A stretch of DNA of 64,000 bases from a virus: positions 41,345 to 105,344 of IMG/VR virus record IMGVR_UViG_3300045988_100778; one strand, 5' to 3'. A model generated the notes under the pieces. That model was not told the origin of the DNA. It searched no databases and worked only from the letters and a program-made list of their open reading frames with translations. Positions 53,332 through 62,854 of the stretch are shown here, piece after piece. The stretch's first letter is position 1, and every line of letters begins with the position of its first letter. The translations under genes and the position numbers were made by a program.

Positions 53332-53847
53332 ATGAAAGTATTTTTAGGATTTGACCCCGGAACAAAGGGGTTTGTATCAATGATTGCGGAAGACGGGTCT
53401 TTTATCAAGGCAGAACCTATCTTTAAGGACATTAAGGTAGTAGACATGATAGAGACGGCAAACAGATTGCTTGCTTTTGTCGAAGGGTATGAAGTCCGGC
53501 ACGTTGTAATAGAGGATGTACACGCATTATACGGTTCTTCGGCAAAAGGAACATTTACGTTCGGTTATAATTCGTGCGTACCGGAATTTTTCTGTGCCAT
53601 TGCTGGATTACCCTACACAAAGATACCGCCTAAAAAATGGCAGTCGGACATGCATAAGGGTATAAAGATGGTAACAAAAAATGACGGAACCAAAACGGTA
53701 AAGGATGTAAAGAAAATGAGTATCGTGGCTGCACACCGTATTTTCCCGGACGTGAGTTTAAAACGCTCCAGCAGGAGCCTAAAGGACGATGATAACTTTG
53801 CCGATTCCTTATTGATGGCTGAATATGGACGTAGACATTTTAAATAA
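53332..53847 (+). CDS. RuvC-fold Holliday junction resolvase
   Basis: The catalytic motifs are FLGFDPGTKG (Asp), VVIEDV (Glu) and DNFADSLLMAEY (Asp). Confidence 0.7.
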   Translation: MKVFLGFDPGTKGFVSMIAEDGSFIKAEPIFKDIKVVDMIETANRLLAFVEGYEVRHVVIEDVHALYGSSAKGTFTFGYNSCVPEFFCAIAGLPYTKIPPKKWQSDMHKGIKMVTKNDGTKTVKDVKKMSIVAAHRIFPDVSLKRSSRSLKDDDNFADSLLMAEYGRRHFK

Positions 53848-54175
53848 CAATGGTATGGAAGAATATATAAGAAAAAGTTTTATAACGCCTAATGCAGCAA
53901 TAAAGGTTGCTTGTTTTAAGGCAGGAATGACAGAAGAAGATTATTATAATACATTGGGAGAATGCCGAATGTATGGTGATGATAAGGAAAAGAACGAAGA
54001 GTATCAAAGGGAATTGTGTCGGAAGATATTCAGACCGACACCGGAAGAAGAGGAGGAAGATATCAACAGATGGAAAGAAGACGGTGCAAAAGTTATGAGT
54101 TTCGAGGATTGTGTAACCTTGGTATTGGAAGGATTACCAGTTAAAACAAAGAAAGATGATATATTGGAAATGTGA
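53825..54175 (+). CDS. Hypothetical protein (start uncertain: 53825 or ATG 53855)
   Basis: It is an ORF with an acidic central stretch. Confidence 0.45.
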   Translation: MDVDILNNNGMEEYIRKSFITPNAAIKVACFKAGMTEEDYYNTLGECRMYGDDKEKNEEYQRELCRKIFRPTPEEEEEDINRWKEDGAKVMSFEDCVTLVLEGLPVKTKKDDILEM

Positions 54176-54488
54176 AAACAAGGAATGCACGGAGTTCGGG
54201 AAGGAAATCATAGAGACAAACCCTATGTTTAAATACACCGACAAAGGAACCGTGCCTATTAATATACCTTACTGCAAGGTGTGCGGAAAACAGATGGGGT
54301 ACCGCGAGGAATTGCCGGAAAGTGAAGGTGATATAAACGTGGCGTTCGCTTCTTTCGGTTCCCAGTCCAACGAAAACAAAGCCTCTATCCTCAAAGACAG
54401 ATACAAGAAAGGTCTTGAAAAAGACGGTATTAGCGAGATTATAAAGGCTAAAAGGGATAAAATGACTAAGGACTTTTTCGGTGGGTGA
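54156..54488 (+). CDS. Zinc-ribbon-like protein (110 aa)
   Basis: It carries CENKEC...CKVCGK motifs. Confidence 0.5.
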   Translation: MIYWKCENKECTEFGKEIIETNPMFKYTDKGTVPINIPYCKVCGKQMGYREELPESEGDINVAFASFGSQSNENKASILKDRYKKGLEKDGISEIIKAKRDKMTKDFFGG

Positions 54489-54489
54489 T

Positions 54490-54600
54490 ATGTTAATCTT
54501 ATGTTAAAACGACATAAGCACTTGCGTATGTCATAACATAATCTTATCTTTGCAATGTGAGATTAAGAGATAAGAAGTCAAACAACAAAAAGATAAAGTT
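54490..54600 (+). promoter_or_regulatory. Conserved promoter/leader cassette, copy 5
   Basis: Reads ATGTTAATCTTATGTTAAAACGACATAAGCAC-TTGC(54522-54525)-N19-TATCTTTG(54545-54552), followed by the leader GTGAGATTAAGAGATAAGAAGTCAAACAACAAAAAGATAAAGTT and the ATG at 54601. Confidence 0.75.
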
Positions 54601-54873
54601 ATGAAATCACTTAAAGAGCTTAAGAATAACATTTACGAGAAGATAAACGAAATTAGAAATTTTAGCAACGATGATTCAAAGTTGTTTAATGAAGAAGGCG
54701 GTTACAATTACGAAGAATTGAGCGCCTTTCTCGAAAGAAACAAGAAAAAGAACTATATGAAAGCCGCTTGCATGAGGATGATTAAAAATTATCTCGATAG
54801 GTTGTATGACGGATGGGAATTCTACGAGAAAGACTATTTGGTTTATGTGAATGACTTTAAAAAATTTGGATAA
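54601..54873 (+). CDS. Hypothetical protein (90 aa)
   Basis: It is the first ORF after cassette 5. Confidence 0.55.
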   Translation: MKSLKELKNNIYEKINEIRNFSNDDSKLFNEEGGYNYEELSAFLERNKKKNYMKAACMRMIKNYLDRLYDGWEFYEKDYLVYVNDFKKFG

Positions 54874-55184
54874 TGAATGAATTAGTAGAAAATATATGGA
54901 CACTTGTAGCTCTCACGGGATACAAGTTCATAACGGTAAACTTTTTGGGAACCTATAAGGTTTTTATGGTGGAAAACTTTGCCACAAAGACAAGGGACAA
55001 CCCATTTAATGAAGTGCGCGGAGCGGTGGATATAACAGAAGACGTTAAGCACCTTACTTTCCAATTGTCCGAAATGAACCCTATCGGAATAGATGCCCGG
55101 TTACAGGGAAGACCGAGAAAGGATTTTAAGTTCGGAAGTGACGATTACATTTACTTTATTGCTAACAAGAAAAACGAGTTTTAG
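54873..55184 (+). CDS. Hypothetical protein (103 aa)
   Basis: The ORF has a TAATG overlap. Confidence 0.5.
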   Translation: MNELVENIWTLVALTGYKFITVNFLGTYKVFMVENFATKTRDNPFNEVRGAVDITEDVKHLTFQLSEMNPIGIDARLQGRPRKDFKFGSDDYIYFIANKKNEF

Positions 55185-55186
55185 TT

Positions 55187-55723
55187 ATGGCAAGCGAAAG
55201 ATTAACAATTAGTGAAAAAGATAGGATTGCAAAAAGCATAATCAAGCCTCTCATAGAGCAGTCAAAAAAAGAATTTGAAGATTTTGGTAAATTTGCTGAC
55301 GAATTTTTCAAGAAAAATCTACCAAAAGATGTTATTGAATTTATGGATAAATACCCTAATGCAGTAAAAGTCAGAGATTGTATTTATCTGTCAAGTCTTA
55401 CACGCGAACGAATATACAATATAGTGAGCCATGTTGAAGTTAATTATTTTGTATATTCGTTTATAACTGATACAGAATTTGAAGAATTGAAAAATTCGAT
55501 AGAAGCAAAAATTTTTGTCAATAAAATGATTGAGTTAGACAGGAAAGCATCTAATATCAAAAACCGGACAAAATGCGCGCTTGAAAATATCAATACAACA
55601 AAACAATTGAAAGATAATTTTCCAGAAGCGTATGCTATTCTCACGGAAACTTCTAAAGAAGATGTTAAGAGGAATGAATGTGACAATATAGAAAAATTGC
55701 GTGCAGAACTTTCAAAATTATAA
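55187..55723 (+). CDS. Hypothetical protein (178 aa)
   Basis: The ORF lies upstream of the ligase gene. Confidence 0.5.
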   Translation: MASERLTISEKDRIAKSIIKPLIEQSKKEFEDFGKFADEFFKKNLPKDVIEFMDKYPNAVKVRDCIYLSSLTRERIYNIVSHVEVNYFVYSFITDTEFEELKNSIEAKIFVNKMIELDRKASNIKNRTKCALENINTTKQLKDNFPEAYAILTETSKEDVKRNECDNIEKLRAELSKL

Positions 55724-55728
55724 AGAGT

Positions 55729-57663
55729 ATGGTTAAGTCGAATTTAGACCCTAAAGTATTGGAGGGAAAGATAAAAGAATATAACAATGCCTATCGTAGA
55801 GGCGAATCGGAAATAACGGATGCGGAATTTGACGCGCTGGTAGAACAACTGTATGAGGTCAACCCCAATGCAGATTGGTTCAAGAAAGGGGTCAATGACG
55901 AGGTTTCTGGAAGAAAAGAAAAGTTACCTATCCCGATGTACAGTCTTGAAAAGGTAAAAACTTATGACGAGATTGTAAGGTGGGTAAAATCATGTGGATT
56001 AAAAGACATGGATAGATTGATTATTACTCCTAAATTCGATGGTATCTCTTTATGTGTAGATGAATATAATAAGAAGGCGTGGACGCGTGGAGACGGTGAG
56101 GTAGGGCAAAATTGCACTTCTCATTTTACACAGATGATTAACCACGAATTTAAGGATGTGAAAAGAACGGAAGGATATTATACTTTTGGAGAAGCCATTT
56201 TCCGTAATTCCACTTTCTTGACATTGAAGAAGCGGACAAATTACAAGTCTGCGAGAAATGCGGTAGCTGGTCTTGTCAATTCTCCTACTGTATCTCCAAA
56301 TATGAGGGACGTGCAGTATATAAGGTATGGATATTCCAATGAGGATTGGAACAAGGCAAGTATGATTGCCTTTATAAATGACAATTCTTCCGTAAAAGTC
56401 CGCTATGTCGAAACGTTCGTAGAATCAGTCATTCATAGCGAAAAGATGTTTAATGAATATATGGACAATATTTTCAAGGGTATAACAAATGATTACAAAT
56501 GCGATGGTCTTGTTATAGACGTGGATAGCGCAAAAATAAGAAAAGAGCTTGGAAGATTGCCGAACGGCAACCCACGTTATGCAATTGCCTATAAAAACCC
56601 CGATTGGTCGGAAAGAGAGGAAACGGAGGTAGAAAATGTAAGATGGCAGATTTCCAAGGACGGCAGATTATCCCCGGTAATTGACATTACACCCGTTGAA
56701 TTGTGTGGAGCTACTGTTTCCAAGTGTACGGCATATAATGCTCGTTATGTAAAGGAAAACTTTATCATGCCAGGTTCACGTGTCATTATTTGCCGTTCTG
56801 GTGATGTGATACCGAAACATATATTTACCGTGTCTTGGCCTTCTTTGGTGAGTTGTTTGCCCGATAAATGCCCTATTTGCGGCAAACCCTTGGAAATGGA
56901 CAAAAACGGTGTGGACTTGATTTGCGTGAACAAAAGATGTGATGGGGTGATGCTTGCCAAATGTGTATATTTTTTCAACACTTTAGGTTTTGAAGAGTTC
57001 GGAGAACCGACAATAAAGAAGCTGTTTAATGCCGGGTACAAGACACCAGACAGTATTCTTTTATTGTCAGAAGAAGACCTAAAGAAGATTGAAGGCATAG
57101 GGAATGTAGGCGCAAAGGTGCTGTCAAGACAATTTGAAGAATTGAGAAAGAAAGGTACAAACTTTGCAAAATTATTAACAGCTTATAATAAGTTTGGAGG
57201 TGTAATAGCCGAAAAGACGTGCCAAAAAATTCTTGATGGATTGAAATTATATACTGGTATAGAAGTGTATTCTTTTGTAAAAGAGTGTGACGAAAGCTGG
57301 GCGGCTGACATTGAAGACAAAATTGAAGGTGTCGGATTTAATACGGCTTTGGCATTTATTTATGGTATCATTGACTGGTGGACAGACGAAGAAGACCGCG
57401 CATTCATTCCGGTTACTTATTACGGACTGGAAGAAAAGACCTTTGAAGGACAAATGACGGTCGTATTTACCGGATTCCGTTCACCGGACACGGAAAAGAA
57501 ATTGACGGATATGGGGCATAAGATAGGTTCTTCTGTAAGTAAGAAAACAACATGCCTGGTGGTGAAGGAAAAAGGATTGGGAACCATCAAGGAAAAGAAA
57601 GCGGAGCAATACGGAATACCCGTTTTCACGTTTGAGGAATTTAAGGAAAAATTCAATGTTTGA
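55729..57663 (+). CDS. ligA: NAD+-dependent DNA ligase (LigA)
   Basis: A domain Ia-like YNNAYRRGESEITDAEFDALVEQL is present. The adenylation motif is KFDGISL. An OB domain follows, then the Cys4 zinc finger CPICGKPLEMDKNGVDLICVNKRC, an HhH region, and a C-terminal BRCT-like VVFTGF... Confidence 0.9.
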   Translation: MVKSNLDPKVLEGKIKEYNNAYRRGESEITDAEFDALVEQLYEVNPNADWFKKGVNDEVSGRKEKLPIPMYSLEKVKTYDEIVRWVKSCGLKDMDRLIITPKFDGISLCVDEYNKKAWTRGDGEVGQNCTSHFTQMINHEFKDVKRTEGYYTFGEAIFRNSTFLTLKKRTNYKSARNAVAGLVNSPTVSPNMRDVQYIRYGYSNEDWNKASMIAFINDNSSVKVRYVETFVESVIHSEKMFNEYMDNIFKGITNDYKCDGLVIDVDSAKIRKELGRLPNGNPRYAIAYKNPDWSEREETEVENVRWQISKDGRLSPVIDITPVELCGATVSKCTAYNARYVKENFIMPGSRVIICRSGDVIPKHIFTVSWPSLVSCLPDKCPICGKPLEMDKNGVDLICVNKRCDGVMLAKCVYFFNTLGFEEFGEPTIKKLFNAGYKTPDSILLLSEEDLKKIEGIGNVGAKVLSRQFEELRKKGTNFAKLLTAYNKFGGVIAEKTCQKILDGLKLYTGIEVYSFVKECDESWAADIEDKIEGVGFNTALAFIYGIIDWWTDEEDRAFIPVTYYGLEEKTFEGQMTVVFTGFRSPDTEKKLTDMGHKIGSSVSKKTTCLVVKEKGLGTIKEKKAEQYGIPVFTFEEFKEKFNV

Positions 57664-57695
57664 TTGAGTTTCTTTTGTTTGTTTGACATAGTGGG

Positions 57696-57730
57696 AGAGG
57701 CTGGTTTGAGAAAATAAGCCTCTTATTTTT
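57696..57730 (+). terminator. Rho-independent terminator-like hairpin
   Basis: The stem AGAGGCT/AGCCTCT is followed by TATTTTTG. Confidence 0.55.
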
Positions 57731-57745
57731 GTAAATTTTTTGGTA

Positions 57746-59437
57746 ATGAGATATTGGTATAGAGATAAGGACTACGTTTATATTGGCTTTAATTATAACG
57801 CCAATTTTGTAAATAAAATGAAACGTGATTTTGGAGCCAAGTATAACCCGGCTTTGAAAGAGTGGTATTTTGAACCTTCTTTAGAAAAATCTCTATTGTT
57901 AAAATATTTCTTGGAGGGAAACGGATTCAAGAACGAAAAACCGGAAAGACAGATAGAAATACCTCTAAAGGAAATCAAGCCCCTTGTAAACGAAAAGGAG
58001 TTGAAAGAAATGTTTGATTACCTGGGATTACCGCTACATCTAAGAGATTATCAAATAGAAGGGGTGTCCTATATGGTTAATCATGGCAATTGCCTTAATG
58101 GTTGCGGCCCGGGTGTAGGGAAAACAAGGCAGTCTATAGCGCTGGCAGAATTGCTTAACCTATTCCCCTGCATTGTGGTTTGTCCGGCAACGGTGAAACA
58201 AAGCTGGGTAAACGAATGGAAGTTGTGCAACCCTAACAGAACGGTACATGTGATTGATTCAAAGGACGAGACCAACACGGACTGGAAAGCGGATGTTACG
58301 GTAATAAATTATGACTATCTTTTTAAAAGAAGTGCAAAGGAGGAAGGCAAGAAAGAAGTAAAACTTCGTTACAGTCGTTCCCTTACCAAGAAATGGGGAT
58401 TAGCGGTAATCGACGAAATACATCTATGCAAGAACCCAAAGTCTATACGTTCTAAATGCGTGCAGAAAATCGTGGAGAATGCAGAAAAAACCATAGGATT
58501 AAGCGGTACGGCAATCATGAACAGACCCCAGGAGCTTATCAATATATTACGAATTCTTGGAAGGTTCAAAGAGATATTTCCGGATTCGTTATATTATCTC
58601 TACAGATATTGTGCTGCAAAGAAAACGCGGTTCGGACTTGTATGTACTGGGGCTTCGTGTACGATGGAGCTAAATAAAATAATAAGACATTATTGTTATT
58701 TCCGGAAGGAATTGCGAGACGTGGTGAACGAATTGCCGCCTATAATCAAACAGACAGTGAATGTACCGATAACCAATAAAAAGGAATATAGGAAAGCAGA
58801 AAAGGATTTTATCGAATGGCTGGCTAATATTGACATAGAGGCGGCAGAACGTGCCATACGTGCGGAGCAGCTTGTAAGGTTGTCCGGATTGAAAAAGCTG
58901 TCTATAAATGGGAAAATAAAGTTCATTGTCCAGTTTTTGAAGGAATGGAGCGAAGCGAACGAGGACGAGAAAATGATAGTATTTGGTATCACGACCGACA
59001 TATTGGAAAGGCTTGGAAAGGAGTTCAAGAACAGTGAGGTAGTGACCGGGAAATACAGCACGGAAGAGAAGATGCGAAAGGTTGAAACATGGAAGAAAGA
59101 AAAGACCTTCCTATTTGCCAACATTGCATCATTATCTACGGGTATAGACGGATTACAGAAATATTGTTATAATATGGCGTTTATCGAATTGCCGCAACGC
59201 CCGGCAGAACTGGAGCAGGCAACCGGGCGCATAGACCGTATGGGACAGACGCAGACTATGAACGTCTATTTTTTGCTGTCCAGTGACACGATAGACATGC
59301 AGATACGCGAATTGCTGGACGGAAAGATAAAGGTAACGGATGCAGTCAACAAGGGTATTGACGTACAGGTAAGCCGTGACGATTCGATGGACATTGCACT
59401 GATAAAGAAGTTGAAAGAATGGAAAGAAAAGAAATAA
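57746..59437 (+). CDS. SNF2-family (SF2) helicase/translocase
   Basis: LRDYQIEGVSYM, GPGVGKTRQSIA (motif I), VIDEIHLCKN (DExH), GLSGTAIMNRP and ATGRIDRMGQ (motif VI) are present. The ATG at 57746 is preferred over the TTG at 57740. Confidence 0.85.
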   Translation: MRYWYRDKDYVYIGFNYNANFVNKMKRDFGAKYNPALKEWYFEPSLEKSLLLKYFLEGNGFKNEKPERQIEIPLKEIKPLVNEKELKEMFDYLGLPLHLRDYQIEGVSYMVNHGNCLNGCGPGVGKTRQSIALAELLNLFPCIVVCPATVKQSWVNEWKLCNPNRTVHVIDSKDETNTDWKADVTVINYDYLFKRSAKEEGKKEVKLRYSRSLTKKWGLAVIDEIHLCKNPKSIRSKCVQKIVENAEKTIGLSGTAIMNRPQELINILRILGRFKEIFPDSLYYLYRYCAAKKTRFGLVCTGASCTMELNKIIRHYCYFRKELRDVVNELPPIIKQTVNVPITNKKEYRKAEKDFIEWLANIDIEAAERAIRAEQLVRLSGLKKLSINGKIKFIVQFLKEWSEANEDEKMIVFGITTDILERLGKEFKNSEVVTGKYSTEEKMRKVETWKKEKTFLFANIASLSTGIDGLQKYCYNMAFIELPQRPAELEQATGRIDRMGQTQTMNVYFLLSSDTIDMQIRELLDGKIKVTDAVNKGIDVQVSRDDSMDIALIKKLKEWKEKK

Positions 59438-59880
59438 CAATATTTACCGACGGCAGTTGTGAATGGAAGTCACGTCTTGGCGGTTGCGGTGTGTATATCC
59501 AGGAAGAAGGAAAGGAATACTTTATCTCCAAAGGGTATAGCGACACCACTATAAGCAGATGTGAACTAAGGGCGATATTGCATGCCGTGCAGAGCATGAA
59601 AAAGGACGTGCCTCTAAAGGTTACGATATGGAGCGACAGCCAGTATGCGGTTAGCTGTATGACAGACCCGGAATTAAGACCGACGGTAAACAAGGATATT
59701 ATAGAAAAGATAAAACAAGAGCTGGGCGAGCGTAGACGGATGGTCGTGCGTTTCATGAAAGTACGGGGACACGAAAAAGATGTAAACAACCCTATAATAT
59801 ACGGGAACCATGTAGCCGATATGCTGGCAGATTATAAGAATTTTGATAATTACGAACTTGATAAAATAATAGAATTATGA
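59419..59880 (+). CDS. rnhA: Ribonuclease H (type 1)
   Basis: The DEDD residues lie in IFTDGSC, RCELRAILHA, IWSDSQY and RGH...GNHVADMLA. Confidence 0.85.
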   Translation: MERKEITIFTDGSCEWKSRLGGCGVYIQEEGKEYFISKGYSDTTISRCELRAILHAVQSMKKDVPLKVTIWSDSQYAVSCMTDPELRPTVNKDIIEKIKQELGERRRMVVRFMKVRGHEKDVNNPIIYGNHVADMLADYKNFDNYELDKIIEL

Positions 59881-60347
59881 ATGAGGATTTTGTTTTTACT
59901 AAAGAAGAGAAAGTTAACAAATTGTTTAAAGTTTTGAACGTATTAAGGAACAGTTTGCAGTGTAAACGTATGGTTGTCGGTGGAAGCATGGCTATGTATG
60001 TACATGGTTTCAATGTGGAACCGCACGACCTGGATATAGAGATAGAAGGGATAAGTGGCGATTCTCTGCGTGCTCTAAGTACGATGGCAAGGATAAACAA
60101 GGACATGAAAAGCGACATCCTTTCCGAATATGTAGAAACATCCCCTCTATATCGTATAAGAATAGAAGATGTGGATGTAGACATATGGGTGGTAAACAAA
60201 ATAGACTACAACAGGACTGTTTTCTACAATAACATAGAATTCGGTGATGTTCTGAGCGTAATTAAAAAGAAAATGGACATGAAACGCGAAAAGGACTATA
60301 AATCATTAGTTGATTATATCAACCAGTTAACCTACTTTACAAAATGA
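59877..60347 (+). CDS. Pol-beta-fold nucleotidyltransferase-like protein
   Basis: The motif GGSMAMYVHGFNVEPHDLDIEI fits the GS-x(n)-DxD pattern. Confidence 0.4.
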   Translation: MNEDFVFTKEEKVNKLFKVLNVLRNSLQCKRMVVGGSMAMYVHGFNVEPHDLDIEIEGISGDSLRALSTMARINKDMKSDILSEYVETSPLYRIRIEDVDVDIWVVNKIDYNRTVFYNNIEFGDVLSVIKKKMDMKREKDYKSLVDYINQLTYFTK

Positions 60348-61795
60348 AATGGAGTGACAGACAGTTAGCCATTTTCGACGCATACGAGAACACACGAAAG
60401 AACATTGCCATAGAAGCAACGGCAGGCAGCAGCAAGACAACTTGTATAGTGGAGTGTTGCAGACGGACACCACCTAATAAAAAGGTTCTGTTTATGGCAT
60501 TCAATAAGAGCATTGCGGAAGAATTGAGGGAACGTTTGCCGTCTCATATAGATGTAAACACTTTTCACTCTAAAGGTTTGCGTGTATTGCTTTCCAATTT
60601 CCGTATAAAGCCGAAAATCAACGAGAATAAATGCTTTGTTATCGGGAAGAAAATTCTTGAAACAAAGGATATGGACGTGAAGCAACAGATTCGATACCTA
60701 TTCGAGATACAGATAATATGGAATTACATAAGGGTAAATCTCATTACGGACTACGAGAAGGAAATACCGGGTATCTGCATTGAAAAGAATATCGAATTCC
60801 AGGAACGCATGGTAGGGGACATGGAGCAGATTAGAAATGCTTGGCACAAGGAAATGAAGAAGATAAATTCAGTAAAAGAAATTAACATTGATTTTACGGA
60901 TATGCTTTATTTCCCTTACCAACTACTTGATAGTGAGGATTTTCCTAAATATGATGTTGTTACTTTAGATGAAGTGCAGGATAATAATTCTTTACAAAAA
61001 GAACTTGTATTGCGTTATATAAAGAAAAGCGGACGGCTTGTTACAGTCGGGGATTCCCGGCAATGTATATACGGTTTCCAAGGGAGTTCTTTAGAGGTTT
61101 TCAAGTCCTTGCAATCTTATCCCAACACCATAGTATTACCGTTGGATATTACATACAGATGCGGCAAGAACATAGTCGAAGAAGCGAGAAAAGTTTTTGA
61201 TAACGGGATTGTTGCCGCACCTAATGCGATAGACGGGATTGTAAGAAAAGGAGAGTTCGATGAAGCGGAAAACGGGGATTTTATTCTATGCCGGAATAAC
61301 CTGCCTTTGGCAACGGTCTTTCTCTATTTACTGGAAATGGGAAAGAAAGCGACAATCAAAGGCAAGGATTACGGAGATGCACTCGTAGCACTTGTGGATA
61401 AGATAAGATATATTGAAGACTTGGACGCGATGTGTGAAAAGAAGATTTCCGAACTGAAAGAACGCGGTCTTACCGATATCCAGGCAAAGAATAACCCTTC
61501 CTATGTGGCGTTTCTTGAAAAGTGTACCATATTGAAAATGCTTTATAAGAACTGGGGAGACATGAAGAAGCTGGAAGACAATATAAAGGAAATATACAAG
61601 GATGATACGGAAGGTATCGTGTTATCCACTATCCACAAGTCTAAAGGACTGGAGGCAGACCGTGTTTTCTTGCTAAACAGAAATTTGATTCCCAGCAAGT
61701 ATGCGAATACGGAAGAAGCGCTGTATAATGAAAAATGTTTATTGTTTGTAGCCATAACAAGAGCAAGAAAGGAGCTTGTATATTGCAATGTTTAA
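60344..61795 (+). CDS. UvrD/PcrA-like SF1 DNA helicase
   Basis: EATAGSSKTTCIVE (motif I), TLDEVQDN (motif II), STIHKSKGLEADRVFL (motif V) and FVAITRARKEL (motif VI) are present. Confidence 0.8.
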   Translation: MKWSDRQLAIFDAYENTRKNIAIEATAGSSKTTCIVECCRRTPPNKKVLFMAFNKSIAEELRERLPSHIDVNTFHSKGLRVLLSNFRIKPKINENKCFVIGKKILETKDMDVKQQIRYLFEIQIIWNYIRVNLITDYEKEIPGICIEKNIEFQERMVGDMEQIRNAWHKEMKKINSVKEINIDFTDMLYFPYQLLDSEDFPKYDVVTLDEVQDNNSLQKELVLRYIKKSGRLVTVGDSRQCIYGFQGSSLEVFKSLQSYPNTIVLPLDITYRCGKNIVEEARKVFDNGIVAAPNAIDGIVRKGEFDEAENGDFILCRNNLPLATVFLYLLEMGKKATIKGKDYGDALVALVDKIRYIEDLDAMCEKKISELKERGLTDIQAKNNPSYVAFLEKCTILKMLYKNWGDMKKLEDNIKEIYKDDTEGIVLSTIHKSKGLEADRVFLLNRNLIPSKYANTEEALYNEKCLLFVAITRARKELVYCNV

Positions 61796-62006
61796 TGACG
61801 AACCAAAGAAGACCGTATATACGGAAATAGACCGCGAATTTAAGCGCATGAAACCGGGCACGGAATTTTGCCGGATTGAATTTATCTCAAAGATAAAGGA
61901 TTTCCACCCCGGTTCTGTAAGGAGCGGCATAGACCACTTCCTACTAAAGAAAATAAGTAAAGGAGAAGTAAAAAGAATTGACAAAGGTAAATACTTGAAA
62001 TTATGA
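61788..62006 (+). CDS. Small winged-helix-like protein
   Basis: The ATG at 61788 is used. The C-terminal ...GEVKRIDKGKYLKL resembles wHTH wing sequences. The evidence is weak. Confidence 0.3.
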   Translation: MFNDEPKKTVYTEIDREFKRMKPGTEFCRIEFISKIKDFHPGSVRSGIDHFLLKKISKGEVKRIDKGKYLKL

Positions 62007-62341
62007 AAAAGCAAAAAATGTATATTCCCGTACTTGAACCGGGAAAGAGTGTATCACTTATATGCGCCAACAAGGTAACAGGACTGGAAGAATACTTGCC
62101 TACACAAGAAATGCTGAACATCCACATGGAACAGCAAAAAATCATGATACAGAAGGACAAGGATTACAAGGTACATCCTCTATATCTTTTCGTGGAGAAG
62201 GAAGAATTCGATGATTTGATATGGAGGATAAGAGGAAAGAACAGGAACGCAGAAACGGCTTGCATTCCGCTTGTATGCCAATATCCAGCGGTTCCCATAT
62301 GCGTGCTTTGTCCCAAACAAGAAGAGGAGGAGAAAGAATGA
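62003..62341 (+). CDS. Hypothetical protein (112 aa)
   Basis: The ORF has ATGA overlaps at both ends. Confidence 0.5.
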   Translation: MKKQKMYIPVLEPGKSVSLICANKVTGLEEYLPTQEMLNIHMEQQKIMIQKDKDYKVHPLYLFVEKEEFDDLIWRIRGKNRNAETACIPLVCQYPAVPICVLCPKQEEEEKE

Positions 62342-62766
62342 TATTTGAGTGCACGTTTACCTACATGGCACCCGACCCGAATTCGACAAACGGTAATTAT
62401 AAAAAGTTTGTCGATGTCATAGCGGTACAGGCAGAAAATTATATGGACGCTGAAACAATGGCAACCGGATATGGGATGTTTAACATAGATGCGGACTTTG
62501 CCATATCTCCTATTAAAGAGGTTGTTATAGATTCGGTGCAGCGCAACGATAAGCACGGGGGACGATGGTACAAGTGCACGGGCGTATATAGCGAGGCTAC
62601 CATATCCGGAAAGATAAGGCAATATAAGATGGTTGTATTGCAACAGCATGAGGACTTCATTAAGTCCTCTACTAAAGCACTGGAATACATGCAAAACCTT
62701 GTAGGCGAATGTAGGTTGATAAAGGTGGAGGAAACACCTATAATCGAATATGTGGAAAAGGATTGA
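62338..62766 (+). CDS. Hypothetical protein (142 aa)
   Basis: The ATG at 62338 follows GGAGGAGAAAGA. It is preferred over the overlapping track start at 62221. Confidence 0.5.
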   Translation: MIFECTFTYMAPDPNSTNGNYKKFVDVIAVQAENYMDAETMATGYGMFNIDADFAISPIKEVVIDSVQRNDKHGGRWYKCTGVYSEATISGKIRQYKMVVLQQHEDFIKSSTKALEYMQNLVGECRLIKVEETPIIEYVEKD

Positions 62767-62767
62767 T

Positions 62768-62854
62768 ATGTTAATTATATGTTAAAAGCACATAAGCAGT
62801 TGCGTATGTCATAATATAGCTTTATTTTTGTAGCTGGAAAAATCAATTAATATT
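62768..62854 (+). promoter_or_regulatory. Conserved promoter cassette, copy 6
   Basis: Reads ATGTTAATTATATGTTAAAAGCACATAAGCAG-TTGC(62800-62803)-N19-TATTTTTG(62823-62830). The leader is divergent. The ATG is at 62855. Confidence 0.7.
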
